64,000 nucleotides of DNA from Dipteris shenzhenensis (Eukaryota). Location: NCBI GenBank assembly GCA_047967505.1, contig CM106538.1; one strand, 5' to 3'. Below are positions 1-11,519 of this stretch, piece by piece; position 1 is the stretch's first letter; every line of letters starts with the position of its first letter. Made by a program: the position numbers and the translations under genes. Below the pieces are notes generated by a model. The model was not told the DNA's origin, ran no database searches, and worked only from the letters and a program-made list of their open reading frames with translations.

Positions 1-668
1 CACTGCTTCACATCCATATACTAATTTGAATGGTTTCAGACCAGCTGCAACCTTGTGAGCTATTGAATCCAAGTGCTAATCCCAATCTTCTGGATCATGA
101 GCCCCATTGTCCTTTTGTACACCTTTTTCATAAGCTTATTAGAACTTTTTGCTTGTCCATTAGCTTGAGGATAATATACTGTGGATTTTTTATGCAACAT
201 CATGTGCATTCTTATCATCTTTCTAATTATTTTGTTGAAGAAGTGGGTACCTCTGCCTGATACTATTTCAATGGGTACTTCAAATCTGGTCACAATATTG
301 TGGTAAAGAAAGTGTGCCACAGTTTTGGCTTTGCATGTTTTAAGGGCTACAGCCTCAACCCACTTTGTGTAATAATTAGTTGCACCCAAAATATATTGGT
401 TACCTCTATAAATTTTGCGGGTGGTTTGATAGGACCAATAAAATCTAGCTCCCACTTTTGAAATTGTCCCAAAGGGAGAATGGGCTGATGAGGCATTCTG
501 TCAGTATCAAGTGGTCTATCATCCCTCTGGCATGGTAAACAAGCCTTTGCATAATTGTGAGCATCTTTTAACACAGTAGGCCACCATAAACTAGTTGCAT
601 GATTTTTAGCTATAATGTTTCCAGAGAAATGTCCTCCTGCTACTCCTCCATGAGCTTCTGCCAGGACA
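1..668 (-). pseudogene. Gypsy element G1: integrase remnant (continues past window start)
   Basis: ORFs 347..574 and 60..455 give rve motifs (ACLPCQR, FQKWELDFIGP, YYTKWVEAVAL, STVYYPQANGQA). Reading at 601-668 gives ..VLAEAHGGVAGGHF.., which continues the DVL codons at 5683-5700 across the Copia A insertion. Frameshifted. Confidence 0.9.
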
Positions 669-914
669 TGACAAAATATGAAGAGGGGAGAGGAGAAGAG
701 TGGAGATGAGGAGAGAGGGCACAGCTAGAGAGCACACCACAAATGACTAACTGTACACTAGAATTAGTTGAAAAAATAGAATATATACAAACCCTTTTAG
801 GGTTAGGGTTAGGGGATCTAACCCTTTCCTTTATAGCACTCTATAAGGTTAGTGCTATGCACATATGATCACGTGATGGTGCTATGCACACATGATCACA
901 TGATGTTGAGCGTG
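669..914 (-). repeat. Copia A 3' LTR (U3 end truncated by deletion)
   Basis: Matches 5335-5580 and abuts integrase codons (..DDYSRYCWVY) directly, with no PPT. Confidence 0.9.
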
Positions 915-2814
915 TAGACCCAACAATATCTGCTGTAGTCATCGATGAAGGTCAAGTAATAAAGTGAACCATTGATGCTGCGGGTCTGGGCATAACCCCA
1001 TACATCTGTATGAATCAAATCAAGAATACCTCATGCACGAGAGGTACTTCTGACAAAGTTGGTTCGCTTTTGTTTGCCGAAGCAGCATGCTTCACAAACC
1101 TTTCCAAGAAACTGTAGCTTCGGAATCCCAATTGCCATATTTTGATTCCGGAGATCTAACAAGTACTTGAAGTTGACATGACCATATCTCTAAGCCATTT
1201 TGCGGATAGTGGCATCTGTTGCATTTGAGCTGACATGGCATGCTTATCTGGTACTGTAGCTAGCATCCTGTATAAGCGTCCTTCCTTGACACCTTTTGCT
1301 ACTAGCTGACCTCTTTTGGATTTGTCTCTGATAGTGCATTCATCACCATCGAAGATGACTTTGTAGTTGTGTTCCGTCATTTGACCTACTGATAAAAGGT
1401 TCTTGCTGAGCTTCGGAACATAGAGCACATCTTTGACTAATCCTTTTGTACCAGTGAAATTGTTCATAGGGATAACCCCTGTGCCTTGAACTGGATTCGG
1501 TGTATTGTCTGCTGTGTAGATGACATTCTTTTGACCTTCTAATGGCTTCATTTCTGTGAACCATTCCTGATGATTTGTCATATGAGATGATGCATCGCTG
1601 TCGATGTACCAAGGATCCTGTTCCACTTGGTCGACTTGATAGCTGAAATCCTCTTTGGGATTGAAATCAGTGTGCATTGTATCAGTCTGATGCAATTCCT
1701 CACTTGCAAGAAACATATTGCCATGTTCATTTGCAAAATGACTGTGACTAGAATGTCCACCACGATGATTTCCTCTTCCTCGGGAATTCCCTCGATTACT
1801 GCTGGATTGACCGCCTTGGTCATACTGCTTCTTGCGGCAATCTCTTTCATAGTGTCCAAACTTGTGACAATAGTTGCATTGAATGTTTGACACATTAGTG
1901 GATGCATTCCCTCGTCCTTGGAATCTTCCTCGGTTGGAATGATTTCCTCTTTGTTGCTGATTCTGATGTTGCTGAGGATGATGCTGATGCTGATGCTGAT
2001 GCTGACTTTGATTTTGTTGATGATGACCACTTTTCTGATATGATCTACCTCTGTTTCTACCTTTGCCTCTGCTTCTGTCTGAAGCTGTGAATGCCTGATC
2101 ATTAGAATGACCTTTACGTGCTTGAATGGCCTGAGTCCTGAGTTCTTCACCAAGTAGAACTGACTGAAGTTCTTCCAGTGTTGGAATTTGCCGTTGGATG
2201 GCAATACTCTGGACTAGATTCTCATATCCTTCTCCTAGTCCATTCAGGATTACTTGAACCATTTCTGTGGGATTCATAGTCTCTCCTGCTGCTGCAAGTT
2301 GATTGTTGTAGTCTTTGATGCGGAGTACATAAGCATGACCGGTTTCACTGCTATTGCGGAAACTCTGGTTGATCTGGTTTCTCAGGGTGAGAATCTTGGA
2401 TGTGTTCTTGGACTCGTAGAGAGCTGCGAACATATCCCATGCTTCTTTTGATGTCTTGACTGTGTTGAGCTGTCCTAGCATGACATCTTGCACATTCTGC
2501 TTGATCAGGTGATAGGCATACTTGTCTTTCTTATCCCATTCTGCCTGAGCTCGGGCAATGGCAGGATCTGCTACTGGTGCGAAAACTGATGGTGTAGATG
2601 TAGATCCCATTGTAGATCCTGTTGCTGGTGCTGTGACAACAGATGGAGTAGAGCTACTGGTGGCTGGATCGGCCAATGGTCTAGGTATGGATCCATCGAC
2701 ATACTCCCATTTGTCCTGAAGCACAAGAATGGTCTCCATTCGGTATTTCCATGTACCGTAATTGGAGTTGTCTAACTTAGCAGATGCCTCCAGATTGAGG
2801 TTGCTAGTCGACAT
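915..2814 (-). pseudogene. Copia A gag-protease-GAG_pre-integrase-partial integrase
   Basis: 552-aa ORF 1156..2814 with KLDNSNYGTWK gag start, CNYCHKFGHYERDC zinc knuckle and WYIDSDASSHMT protease (DSGA changed to DSDA). Frameshift near 1195, then CEACCFGKQ and LIHTDVWG..YYLTFIDDYSRY. Confidence 0.92.
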
Positions 2815-3759
2815 GGTGCAAACAATGTACTCAAAAGTGTCCTGAAAAACTCTGTATGAATCAACTACAAATACACTGAAGATGCCAAGTGAAATCTCTG
2901 TACCATCGGTGAAGATAGAACTGCAGTATATAAGATCTGATCTGTGTTACAAGGCTTGTGGCAATGATGCCGGGAATAGCCAAGAGGCTTTACAAGGCTG
3001 AAAAATGATGTGCACGATGCCGTGAGATAGCCAAATAGGCTTTACAATGGTGGCATGTGTGTGTGAAATCAAGTGCTATCTGCCCACTGAATCAATCTGC
3101 AATGCCTCTGAACTCTGAAGTCTGCTCACTGAACTTATGAACGTAAGGTTTCAGGTAATGTAATGATGTGAAATCGGATGTGAGCATATGGACTGACTCC
3201 GAGTAGGTACTAGTCGGGAATTTCGGGCATGGCTTAGATTGGCAACTTGGGGAATTCAAAGCGTCCCCTCTATGGCGATCTAGTCTACTCTGATCTAGAT
3301 CTAAACCAACCGTCGATCGATGAAAGAGCAGCAAATAATTCCTTTTCCTTTGTTCTTTTTAAGTGCTGGGTCAGATGCGACGATGTAGAGGCAAATGTGC
3401 GTGAAGGAAGTGGTTTTGTCGGCGAGGCTCAAATGTGCGTGTAACTTGCGCCAAAATGTGCGCGTGATGTAACAAGCACGTAGAGCACAAAAAATCGAGC
3501 GACTTTCCTTTTTGGAGCACCCTCAAATTCTTCCTAGATCAAGAGATATGACTTGATCTAGGTGGAGGGGCAAAAGGAGTGCAAATGGTGCTCAATGATG
3601 ATGTGTCACTGTGAGTCACATGCAGTGATGATGTGGCACTGTGCTTAGCAAGAGGTGTGCCAGTGAAGCTCTGTGCTGAGGTGGCAGGAGTGTGCACATG
3701 CAGTGTGTGCACAGTGTGCCTGGCAAGAGACTATGCCTGCAGGGGTCAGTGCTGAGGTG

Positions 3760-4080
3760 GCACAGATGATGTCAGCAATGTGACATGGCACTGATGATGT
3801 GGCCTGATGACGTGGCTTGATGACGTGGCCTGATGATGTGGTAGTGCTGATGTGGCAGTGCTAACGTGGCAGTGATGACGTGGTAGTGCTGACGTGGCAG
3901 ATGACATGGCAGTGCTGACGTGGCAGATGACGTGTCAGATAAGGATTGCCACATGTCAAGATAATGTGGTGACGTGGCACGTGGGTAGGATAAGGTTGCC
4001 ACGTGTCCAACTGTGGGTCAGCCAGTTAACCCAAGGTCATCCCAACCAGACCCTGGTTCTATTCTATCTGCCACGTGTCT
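3760..4080. repeat. Degenerate 13-14 bp tandem array rich in TGACGTGG / CACGTG motifs in the Copia A leader
   Basis: At least six exact TGACGTGG (~3808, 3821, 3876, 3890, 3916, 3970), many TGATGTGG/TGACATGG variants, and GCCACGTGTC at ~3998 and ~4070. Confidence 0.85.
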
Positions 4081-4589
4081 GACTGTTGGGCACCGGAATC
4101 TTTGAAAGATTCTGATGGAATCTTCGAGATTCCATCTCCCTGCGGATTTACGTCGATGCCGTTTGGAGGTGGCGTCTTGCGATGAGGTTCGTTGCGGCGT
4201 TGAAGCTCAGGCTCTCGAAGGAGCAATCCAAATCTCCAAGGAGGAAACTCGATACCCACCTGGCCTCGAGATCCGAGTTTTTTGCAGTATTTGATGTGCT
4301 TTCTGGAAGTATTCACAACTGTTGGAGTAGATACAGAGCATCAGTAAATGGATGAAGGAGAGGCAGCCGTTGCACTGGAGAGCCCTTCTCAGTCATTTTG
4401 TCTTGGGCAAGGGCAAGCTCCAGCTTCGCCATCGCTTGCGCCGCCATGGTGCAGCACCTCACCTATCGTCGCCGACAGCCAGAGGCCGTTGGAACCGTTG
4501 GAAACTGGAGGAGAGCCTGGAGCCACGCCTTGTAGTACTGTCAACCCGGATGCTGCAAACGAAGATCGCTTCTTCAGCATACTCTGGAA

Positions 4590-4832
4590 AGCTATCAGCA
4601 CGCGATCAATATGGATCCCAGCAACCCCCTACTTCTCACCAACTACGCCCAATTCCTGTATCTCGTGCGGCGAGACCACAACAGGGCAGAAGAGTTGTTT
4701 CGGAGGGCTATGAGAGCGGATCCAGTGGATGGAGAGGTGATGGGTCGATTTGCCAGCTTTCTGTGGGTGGCCAAGGGTGATTTAGCAGAAGCAGACAGAG
4801 CGTATAGCGCAGCTGTAGCTGCGGATCCTTAG
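4590..4832 (+). pseudogene. Captured fragment of a plant TPR-repeat protein gene, antisense to Copia A
   Basis: In-frame SYQHAINMDPSNPLLLTNYAQFLYLVRRDHNRAEELFRRAMRADPVDGEVMGRFASFLWVAKGDLAEADRAYSAAVAADP: about two TPR units with DP-x-N/D..L..YA.FL....D..RAE..F.RA periodicity. Confidence 0.85.
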
Positions 4833-5322
4833 AAGGCTTCTACTGGCTTGTCGACCGTGGAGCTCCCTTTGGTTTGAGATTGTCGGTTGGACGTGCTGGG
4901 AGCCGAGAGCCCTGAGAGGAGCTTGATGGAACAAAGGGATTCATGGCTGTTGTGTGGAGGAGACCATTGTTGAAGGAGTTGCCTTAGTTGTAGAGGATTG
5001 TAGGAGGTAGCTAGGATATCACAGACTCTCTCACAATGATATCAAATGGACGGATATCTATAACAAACATCTCTCTCTCTCTCGAATTAAGAGAAAACAA
5101 TTCTCAAGAGTGAAACTCTCACAATCAATGAAGAATCTCTCTCTCTCTCTCTCAACTCAAGAAACACTCAAAGGAGATGAACGGACGGAAATTCCTCTCA
5201 CATAATGGATGAAGATCTCTCACCGGAAGTGGACTCTCACGGAGAACACTCAAGAGAACTCTCAATCTCACAATCTCTCTCACACTCTCAAGAATCACAA
5301 TGTCTCAACGAAAGACAAGGAA

Positions 5323-5334
5323 GCTCTGATACCA
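5323..5334 (-). other. Primer-binding site (initiator Met tRNA) of Copia A
   Basis: GCTCTGATACCA = reverse complement of TGGTATCAGAGC, directly adjacent to the LTR. Confidence 0.93.
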
Positions 5335-5682
5335 TGACAAAATATGAAGAGGGGAGAGGAGAAGAGTGGAGATGAGGAGAGAGGGCACAGCTAGAGAGCA
5401 CACCACAAATGACTAACTGTACACTAGAATTAGTTGAAAAAATAGAATATATACAAACCCTTTTAGGGTTAGGGTTAGGGGATCTAACCCTTTCCTTTAT
5501 AGCACTCTATAAGGTTAGTGCTATGCACATATGATCACGTGATGGTGCTATGCACACATGATCACATGATGTTGAGCGTGAACTCTCAACACCTTCCCTC
5601 AAGATCAACATCATGAAGTAGGCCTTCCCTCAAGATGATGATTCTGGGGAATCGAAGAAGGACTGAGCATTACATTCCATCA
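5335..5682 (-). repeat. Copia A 5' LTR (348 bp)
   Basis: Bounded by the PBS and by CA|GGACA (TSD). Contains TTAGGG repeats and a TATA-like tract. Confidence 0.85.
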
Positions 5683-6702
5683 GGACATCCTTTTGTTCAT
5701 GATCTTGCACACATCTTCTAATGACTTGGTCAATTCCCCTTCTATATAAAACACCAGCAATAACCAAAAATGGCATGCTTTGTAAAACAAGTTTTTTCCT
5801 TTGATTCCTACTTAATGTTTCAGTAATCAATCCATCAGTAAGAAAAAAGAGCATCTTATCATACCAGTTTGGGGGTTCCTCAATTCTTACCATGAAAATG
5901 CCACATCAGGTATACCTATTGGAGCTTCCCCTAATGATAGCCTACTCAAACAATCAACAATGGCCCTGTTGCTTTCCAGGTCTATGTACAATGCTATAGT
6001 CAAATTCCTACAACAAGAGCATCCATCTAACCAATCTGCCTGTCAATTGCAGTTTATTGACCAAGTAAATAAGTGTCTAATGATCCACATGGAAGTTGAC
6101 CTTATTACCCAACAAATAATGTCTAAAGTTATGCAATGCATAGATCATACCTAGGGCTTCTCTCTTTGTGACTACATAGTTTTTCTCATGTTTTGTCAGA
6201 ATTATGCTGGCATAATACATAGGTCTAAACCATTTAGCTATTTTTTGATGCATAAGGAGTGCACCCACAACTGTATCTGAAGCATCAACAAAAACTTCAA
6301 ATGGGAGCGTCCAATCTGGAGGTTGGAGGATAGGAGCAAGCATTAGCATCTTCTTCAATATGTTGAAGGCATACTCTTGTGGTTCACCCCAAATGTAGGG
6401 TTCTGTTTCTCTTGTCAGTTTCGTAATTGGATAACATATATCAACTAAATATCTGAGAAATTTACAGTGCCACTTGATTTGACCAATAAATCTTTGAAGT
6501 TGCTTTATATTCTTGGGTGGCTTGGCTTTTTGGATAATAGATCTCTTGTTGGGATCTATCTCCATACCTTGTTGAGAGATGATATGTCCAAGGAGAATGC
6601 CTCTGCTAACAGCAAATGCACATTTGGTAGGATTAAAGGCTGAGTCCAGCCAACCTACATTTTGTAAAGTATAAGGTCAAATGATGCAAGTTCTCCATCT
6701 TT
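5683..6702 (-). pseudogene. Gypsy G1: RT C-terminus, RNase H and integrase N-terminal part
   Basis: ORF 6077..6565 (LQRFIGQIKW, FEVFVDASD, YYAS, YVVTKREALGMIYAL) and ORF 5630..5893 (GVLYRRGIDQVIRRCV). Confidence 0.9.
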
Positions 6703-6875
6703 TGAGAGTGCTCTTAATGGAAGCAAAAACGGAAGAGGGAGAGAGAGAGAGACAGAGAGCCACACAAGTTTTGGTGGGTGCAGAACCACCCTAATCTTCT
6801 TTTTCATTCATTTATATATGTGTTTGAGTATTGTACATAACCGGGGTTAAGGCACAGTGACCTTTAACCCCCACA
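6703..6875 (-). repeat. Copia B1 3' LTR (173 bp)
   Basis: Near-identical reverse complement of the B2 LTRs (49083-49251, 53892-54062); TG..CA ends. Confidence 0.92.
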
Positions 6876-6928
6876 ACCTCCCACTTAAAGGACAATGTGC
6901 CTTTAAGAGAGAACAACTAGTGAGCATA

Positions 6929-9277
6929 CTATCCAATGCCCATCAAAACACGACAATACTCAAACCTCTGACTAGGTAGACTCTTCGTCAGCATATCTGT
7001 AGGGTTATCATCTGTATGAACCTTGACAAGCTCTATGCGCTTGTCCTCAAGTACCTCTCTGATGAAATGGTACCTGACCTCAATGTGTTTGGTCTTTGCA
7101 TGAAAGACCAGATTCCGTGCTAGCTGAATAGCACTCATGGAATCACTATGCAATGTCGGTACACCTGTATGAATCCCCAAATCTCCCACTAGCCGATCAA
7201 GCCATATGGCCTCCTTGCAACCCTCTATGGTTGCAACCTACTCAGCCTCTGTGGTAGACAAAGCAACGCACTTCTGTGTGCGAGACATCCACGACACTGC
7301 ACCACCTGCAAAGGTGAACACATAACCAGAAGTGGATCTCCTACTATCCACATGCCCTGCATAGTCTAAATTTGTGTACCCAAGTACACGCATGTCTCCT
7401 CTACCAAAGTAGATGCACATCTCCTTGATACCCTTCATGTACCTCATGATGCACTTAACTGCCTCCCAATGCCTCTTTCCTAGATTAGCCATATACCGGC
7501 TAACAACTCCCACTGCAAATGCAATGTCTGGTCTAGTAGCTATCATAGCATACATAAGACTCCCAACTGCTGATGCATAAGGAACCTTGGCCACCATGGC
7601 CCTTTCCTCATCTAATTTGGGACTATCTGTATGACTCAATTTCACATATGGAGGCAATGGAGTACTAACTACCTTCCCCCCCTCCATATTGAAGCGTTGC
7701 AATACTTTTGTAACATACTCCTTCTGTGAAAGCCAAAGGAGATTCCTACTCCGATCACGCGTGATGCGCTTACCAAGAATATGACCTGCAAGTCCCAAAT
7801 CCTTCATATCAAAGGCCTCATGCAATTTGGCCTTTAATGCATCTAGCTCATAAGTATTCTTGCTAGCCAATAGCATATCATCCACATATAGTGCCAGGAT
7901 TATCAGGCTATTATCCTTAGCGCTTTTAGTGTAGAGGCAGTGATCAATTTCACTCCTTCTAAAACCCTGGGACCGAATGAAAGCATCAAATTTCTGATAC
8001 CATTCTCTAGGTGCTTTTGATTAAGACCATAGAGACTCTTCTTCAACTTGCAAACTAAATGCTCTTTGCCCTTTTCTTCAAATCCTTCCGGCTGCACCAT
8101 GTAAATTTCCTTATGCAAATCCCCATGCAAGAAAGCTGTCTTGACATCCATCTACATAAGCTCCATATCCTCTGCTGCCACTAGTCCAAGCATGCATCTA
8201 AGTGTGGTCATCTTCACAATCGGAGAGAATATCTCATCAAAGTCCACACCCTTCTCTTGCTTGAACCCTTTAGCGACCAAACGGGACTTGTACCTAGGCA
8301 CATCATCACCCGTGACCTTCATTTTCTAGACCCATTTACATGGCAATGCTTTCTTTCCATGTGGCAAAGAAACCAAGTCCCAAGTCTTATTATTCATAAG
8401 TGAACTCATCTCTGATTGCATAGCATACTCCCACTTGCGTTGATCCTCACGCATCATAGCCTCTCTGTAGCAAGAAGGCTCCCTGCAATCAGTAAGCATC
8501 ACATAGTCTACCCCTAGAACAAACCTATCAGGTGGTCTAGACACTCTAGATGATCTTCTCAAGGGCATTTCAGCTTGCTGTCCCACCTGCATATCAGCCA
8601 CATTTGGCTCATCATTTCCACCAGTAGATGATCCTTCATCTACCCTTGATTGTATACCTGTGGGAGTACTTGGTGGTACCATTTCTTGCACATTTGGTGC
8701 ATGGACAGCTTGCTGTTTATCAACATATGCAGGTGGATTCACATCCTAGAAAGTGATTCTCCTCATTTCCACATCCCTCATGGGTGTCTTATGCATCTTC
8801 TTCTCATTGAAGACTACATCATGGTTGCGTATGATCTTCTTTGCTTCTGGATACCAGAGACAATAGCCCATCTCTCCACTTTCACCATAACCCAAAAAGA
8901 TGCATTTCCTAGACTTAGAATCTAGCTTCTTTCGAAGCTCTTTTGGCACATGTGCATATGCCTCACACCCAAATATACACAAATGAGACTAAGAGGGCTT
9001 CTTGCCACTCCATGCCACTTCAGGAATACCACCATCCAAACTCTTACTAGGTGATCTATTGATCACATGCACTGCAGTCTTCATTGCCTCAGCCCAAAAA
9101 CCACCAGAAAGACTTGCATTGGAAAGCATGCATTGCAACCTTTCTTGAATGGTATGATTCATCTTTTCTGCAACTAGATTTTGCTCTGAAGTACGAGGGG
9201 ATATGAGCTCCCTCTTAATCTTACGTGTATCACAGAAATGCTGAAAGTCATGAGAGAGATACTCTCCACCATTGTCA
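6929..9277 (-). pseudogene. Copia B1 integrase C-part, RT, RNase H
   Basis: [50 protein letters not shown]. Several stops and frameshifts. Confidence 0.95.
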
Positions 9278-9354
9278 CACTACAAGGCATAGGCCATTTT
9301 CCGACGGAAATACCGACGCTTTTTACATTAAAAAAATTTTTTTCACGGGCGCAA

Positions 9355-9505
9355 ATGTCGCTATAAGTGTCGCTAAAAGCGTCGAAAAAGGAGCGTCGCT
9401 ATAAAGCATTGCTATATAGCGACACTGGCAAACGTCGCTATATAGCGACACTGTTAATCGTCGCTATATAGCGACACTGTAAACGTCACTATATAGCGAC
9501 GATTA
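9355..9505. repeat. CACTA left subterminal repeats (palindrome GTCGCTATATAGCGAC and variants)
   Basis: About 7 full or half copies. Half copies recur at 20200-20235 near the right end. Confidence 0.88.
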
Positions 9506-9515
9506 ATAGAAGTTT

Positions 9516-9584
9516 AAAAAAAGGGTTAGTGGGGCTAAACAGGGCTTCCTTTTGGCCCTATTTAGCCCCACTAATCCTTTTTTT
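9516..9584. repeat. ~29-bp inverted repeat (hairpin) near the CACTA left end
   Basis: AAAAAAGGGTTAGTGGGGCTAAACAGGGC ... GCCCTATTTAGCCCCACTAATCCTTTTTT with a 9-nt loop. Confidence 0.8.
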
Positions 9585-9785
9585 TTTTTTGTAATTACAA
9601 ATGAAAGTTTTTTATAACAAAATTTCCCTTGCTTGCAGGGTGATACAAAATTGTTCTTGTGAAATGATGAGTAACAAATGCATATACATGTCGGACATAT
9701 ACAACAGTGTTTGTAACAAAATTACCCTGTCGAAAGGGCGATACAAAATTGCTCAAACGAGCGGATATACAAAATGCTACTACCA

Positions 9786-11323
9786 CTACTCATCCGAATC
9801 CAAATCATCTTCGTCTTGTTGGCGTGTTCCTTGGTCCTCGACACCTACATCTTCTCCCTCGTCCTCACCACCTGCATCTGATCCTTGGCCCTGTTGATCT
9901 CTCTCCTCTGATGATGGGACGCTTGAGCTTTGACCCTAAGAGTGAACCATATAAATCAAAAATTAGATTGGAACTTAAATTAAAAAGTGAGATTACAAGT
10001 AGGAGTAAACTTATACCGTGCGAGCAACCACCTCAGTCCAATCGACTGTCGCTCCCATTGCCTCTTGCTCAATGAACCACGGCTTTGTTCCTATCCGAAA
10101 TGCGCACCGCATCTCTGCATCTGTAGGAAGACGACCCATCGCAGCTTGTTGTGGATCCAATTTACGAGAGTTAGAGTTAGCTAAAGTGCATGTAATATGT
10201 AAGTAAAACAAATAGAACAATACATTAAATGGGAAGAAGTAGACTTACCACGGTTGCCTCGAATGCATACCATCCGCCTGCACCAAAGTGCGAAGTACCT
10301 ACGACGTCCAGCTGTCTCTTCGTAGGCCTCCTCTGACCCTCGAACATTTCGGGATGGTCCCTATGTTGCTTCTTGAAGTACTTCCAATCAGCTTTGTCTG
10401 CCCAGCTGGGTTTAGCCAACCCCTTTGTAATGGAAGTACACAAGGTTGATCTACGATGCTTCAGGACCAAACCCATGCGCTCTCACATATAATTGTCATT
10501 AAACTCCACATTTGGCAAATTAGGGTATCTTTGTTTTAACTCATCGATCACCGCCTGCTTCTTTTGGGCATCTTGATACCGCCAATTGGTATTTATGCCG
10601 CTCTTGAAGTGATGACTCATCAACCTCCTCATGGCAGCCATCATTGCTTTGCCCTTTTTATCTTCTATTATCTCTCCGGTAGATGTGATTTGATAGGAGA
10701 GATCCCTTGATGAGTAAAGGGGACTGACGGTAGCAGAGTCTGAAGGAGTGGAAGCTGCGCGAGCGCTTCCGGAGCGAGGAGTAGCAGTGGGAGTAGGAGA
10801 GGGAAAGGGACCTGACTGATACTGTGTCTCCGGACCAAGTGGAGACCTAAAGGAGCGTGAGTGTGCTGACTCGTCTACATCTCCCGAGTCAGCACAACAT
10901 GAGCCGCCCATCCTATTCTTCCTTCCCTTGCGAGAGGCATGCGCAGGTGATGATCCCACGGTCGAAGGGGCGCGAGGGGATGGCTGGGCAGTACGTCCAC
11001 CCGTCGGTGTAGGGGAAGGAATTGCGGAGGTCCTCTGAGAGAGTAGAGAGAAGAATCTCGCTGCCTCCTCATCGCTCATCTGTGCTACAAACTCGTCGGG
11101 ACTCCCGACAAAGCCATGCACGGCTAGCAAAGGAGTTCCCCGAGGGGTAGTCATAGTGCTACGTGGAAGAGGGGTCGGGGTCGTAGTGCTAGGTCCGAGA
11201 GGAGTCAAGGGTAGTCCTTGAGGTAGTTGCCTGAGAGGAATCAAAGTCCTCTGGAGCATATAGATCATGAGCTCTCATCCTGTGAGGCTGTCCGTACTCG
11301 TCGGATGAGCGACGTGATCCCAT
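9786..11323 (-). pseudogene. CACTA second gene (TnpA/PTTA-like accessory protein), spliced, disrupted
   Basis: ATG at 11323 follows an acceptor. S/P/T-rich N-terminus, then a helical region ending TSHFGAGGWYAF, resembling the H-x-G-x-GGY motif of En/Spm PTTA proteins. Introns near 10248-10182 and 10015-9937. One frameshift and in-frame stops. Product assignment is inference. Confidence 0.65.
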
Positions 11324-11519
11324 GTCTAACATAGACACAAACATGAAAACAGAAAACAAAAAAACAAACATAAGCATTCTCATAGGCATAGGCATAGGCA
11401 AGAAGAAAGAAGAGGGAAAGGAAAGAAGAGGGAAAGGAAAGAAAAGAATGAGAATGAGGAAATAGAGAATGAGAGAAGGGGGAAATAGAGAAGGGGAAAG
11501 AGATGAGGGGGAATGAGAG

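Larger units (their letters stand above)
669..5682 (-). mobile_element. Ty1/Copia LTR retrotransposon A, internally deleted (no RT or RNase H)
   Basis: TG..CA termini. 5-bp TSD GGACA at 664-668 and 5683-5687. LTR copies appear identical over 246 bp (669-914 = 5335-5580). Met-tRNA PBS present. Gag-PR-partial IN ORF. Confidence 0.93.

Noticed and set aside
793-815. True or interstitial telomere
   Set aside because: Only 3-4 units, always embedded at a fixed place in LTRs.
5592-5688. Circularly permuted or tandem Copia A (PPT upstream of the 5' LTR, 7-8 bp TSD CAGGACA)
   Set aside because: More simply read as a 348-bp LTR ending in CA followed by a normal 5-bp TSD GGACA.
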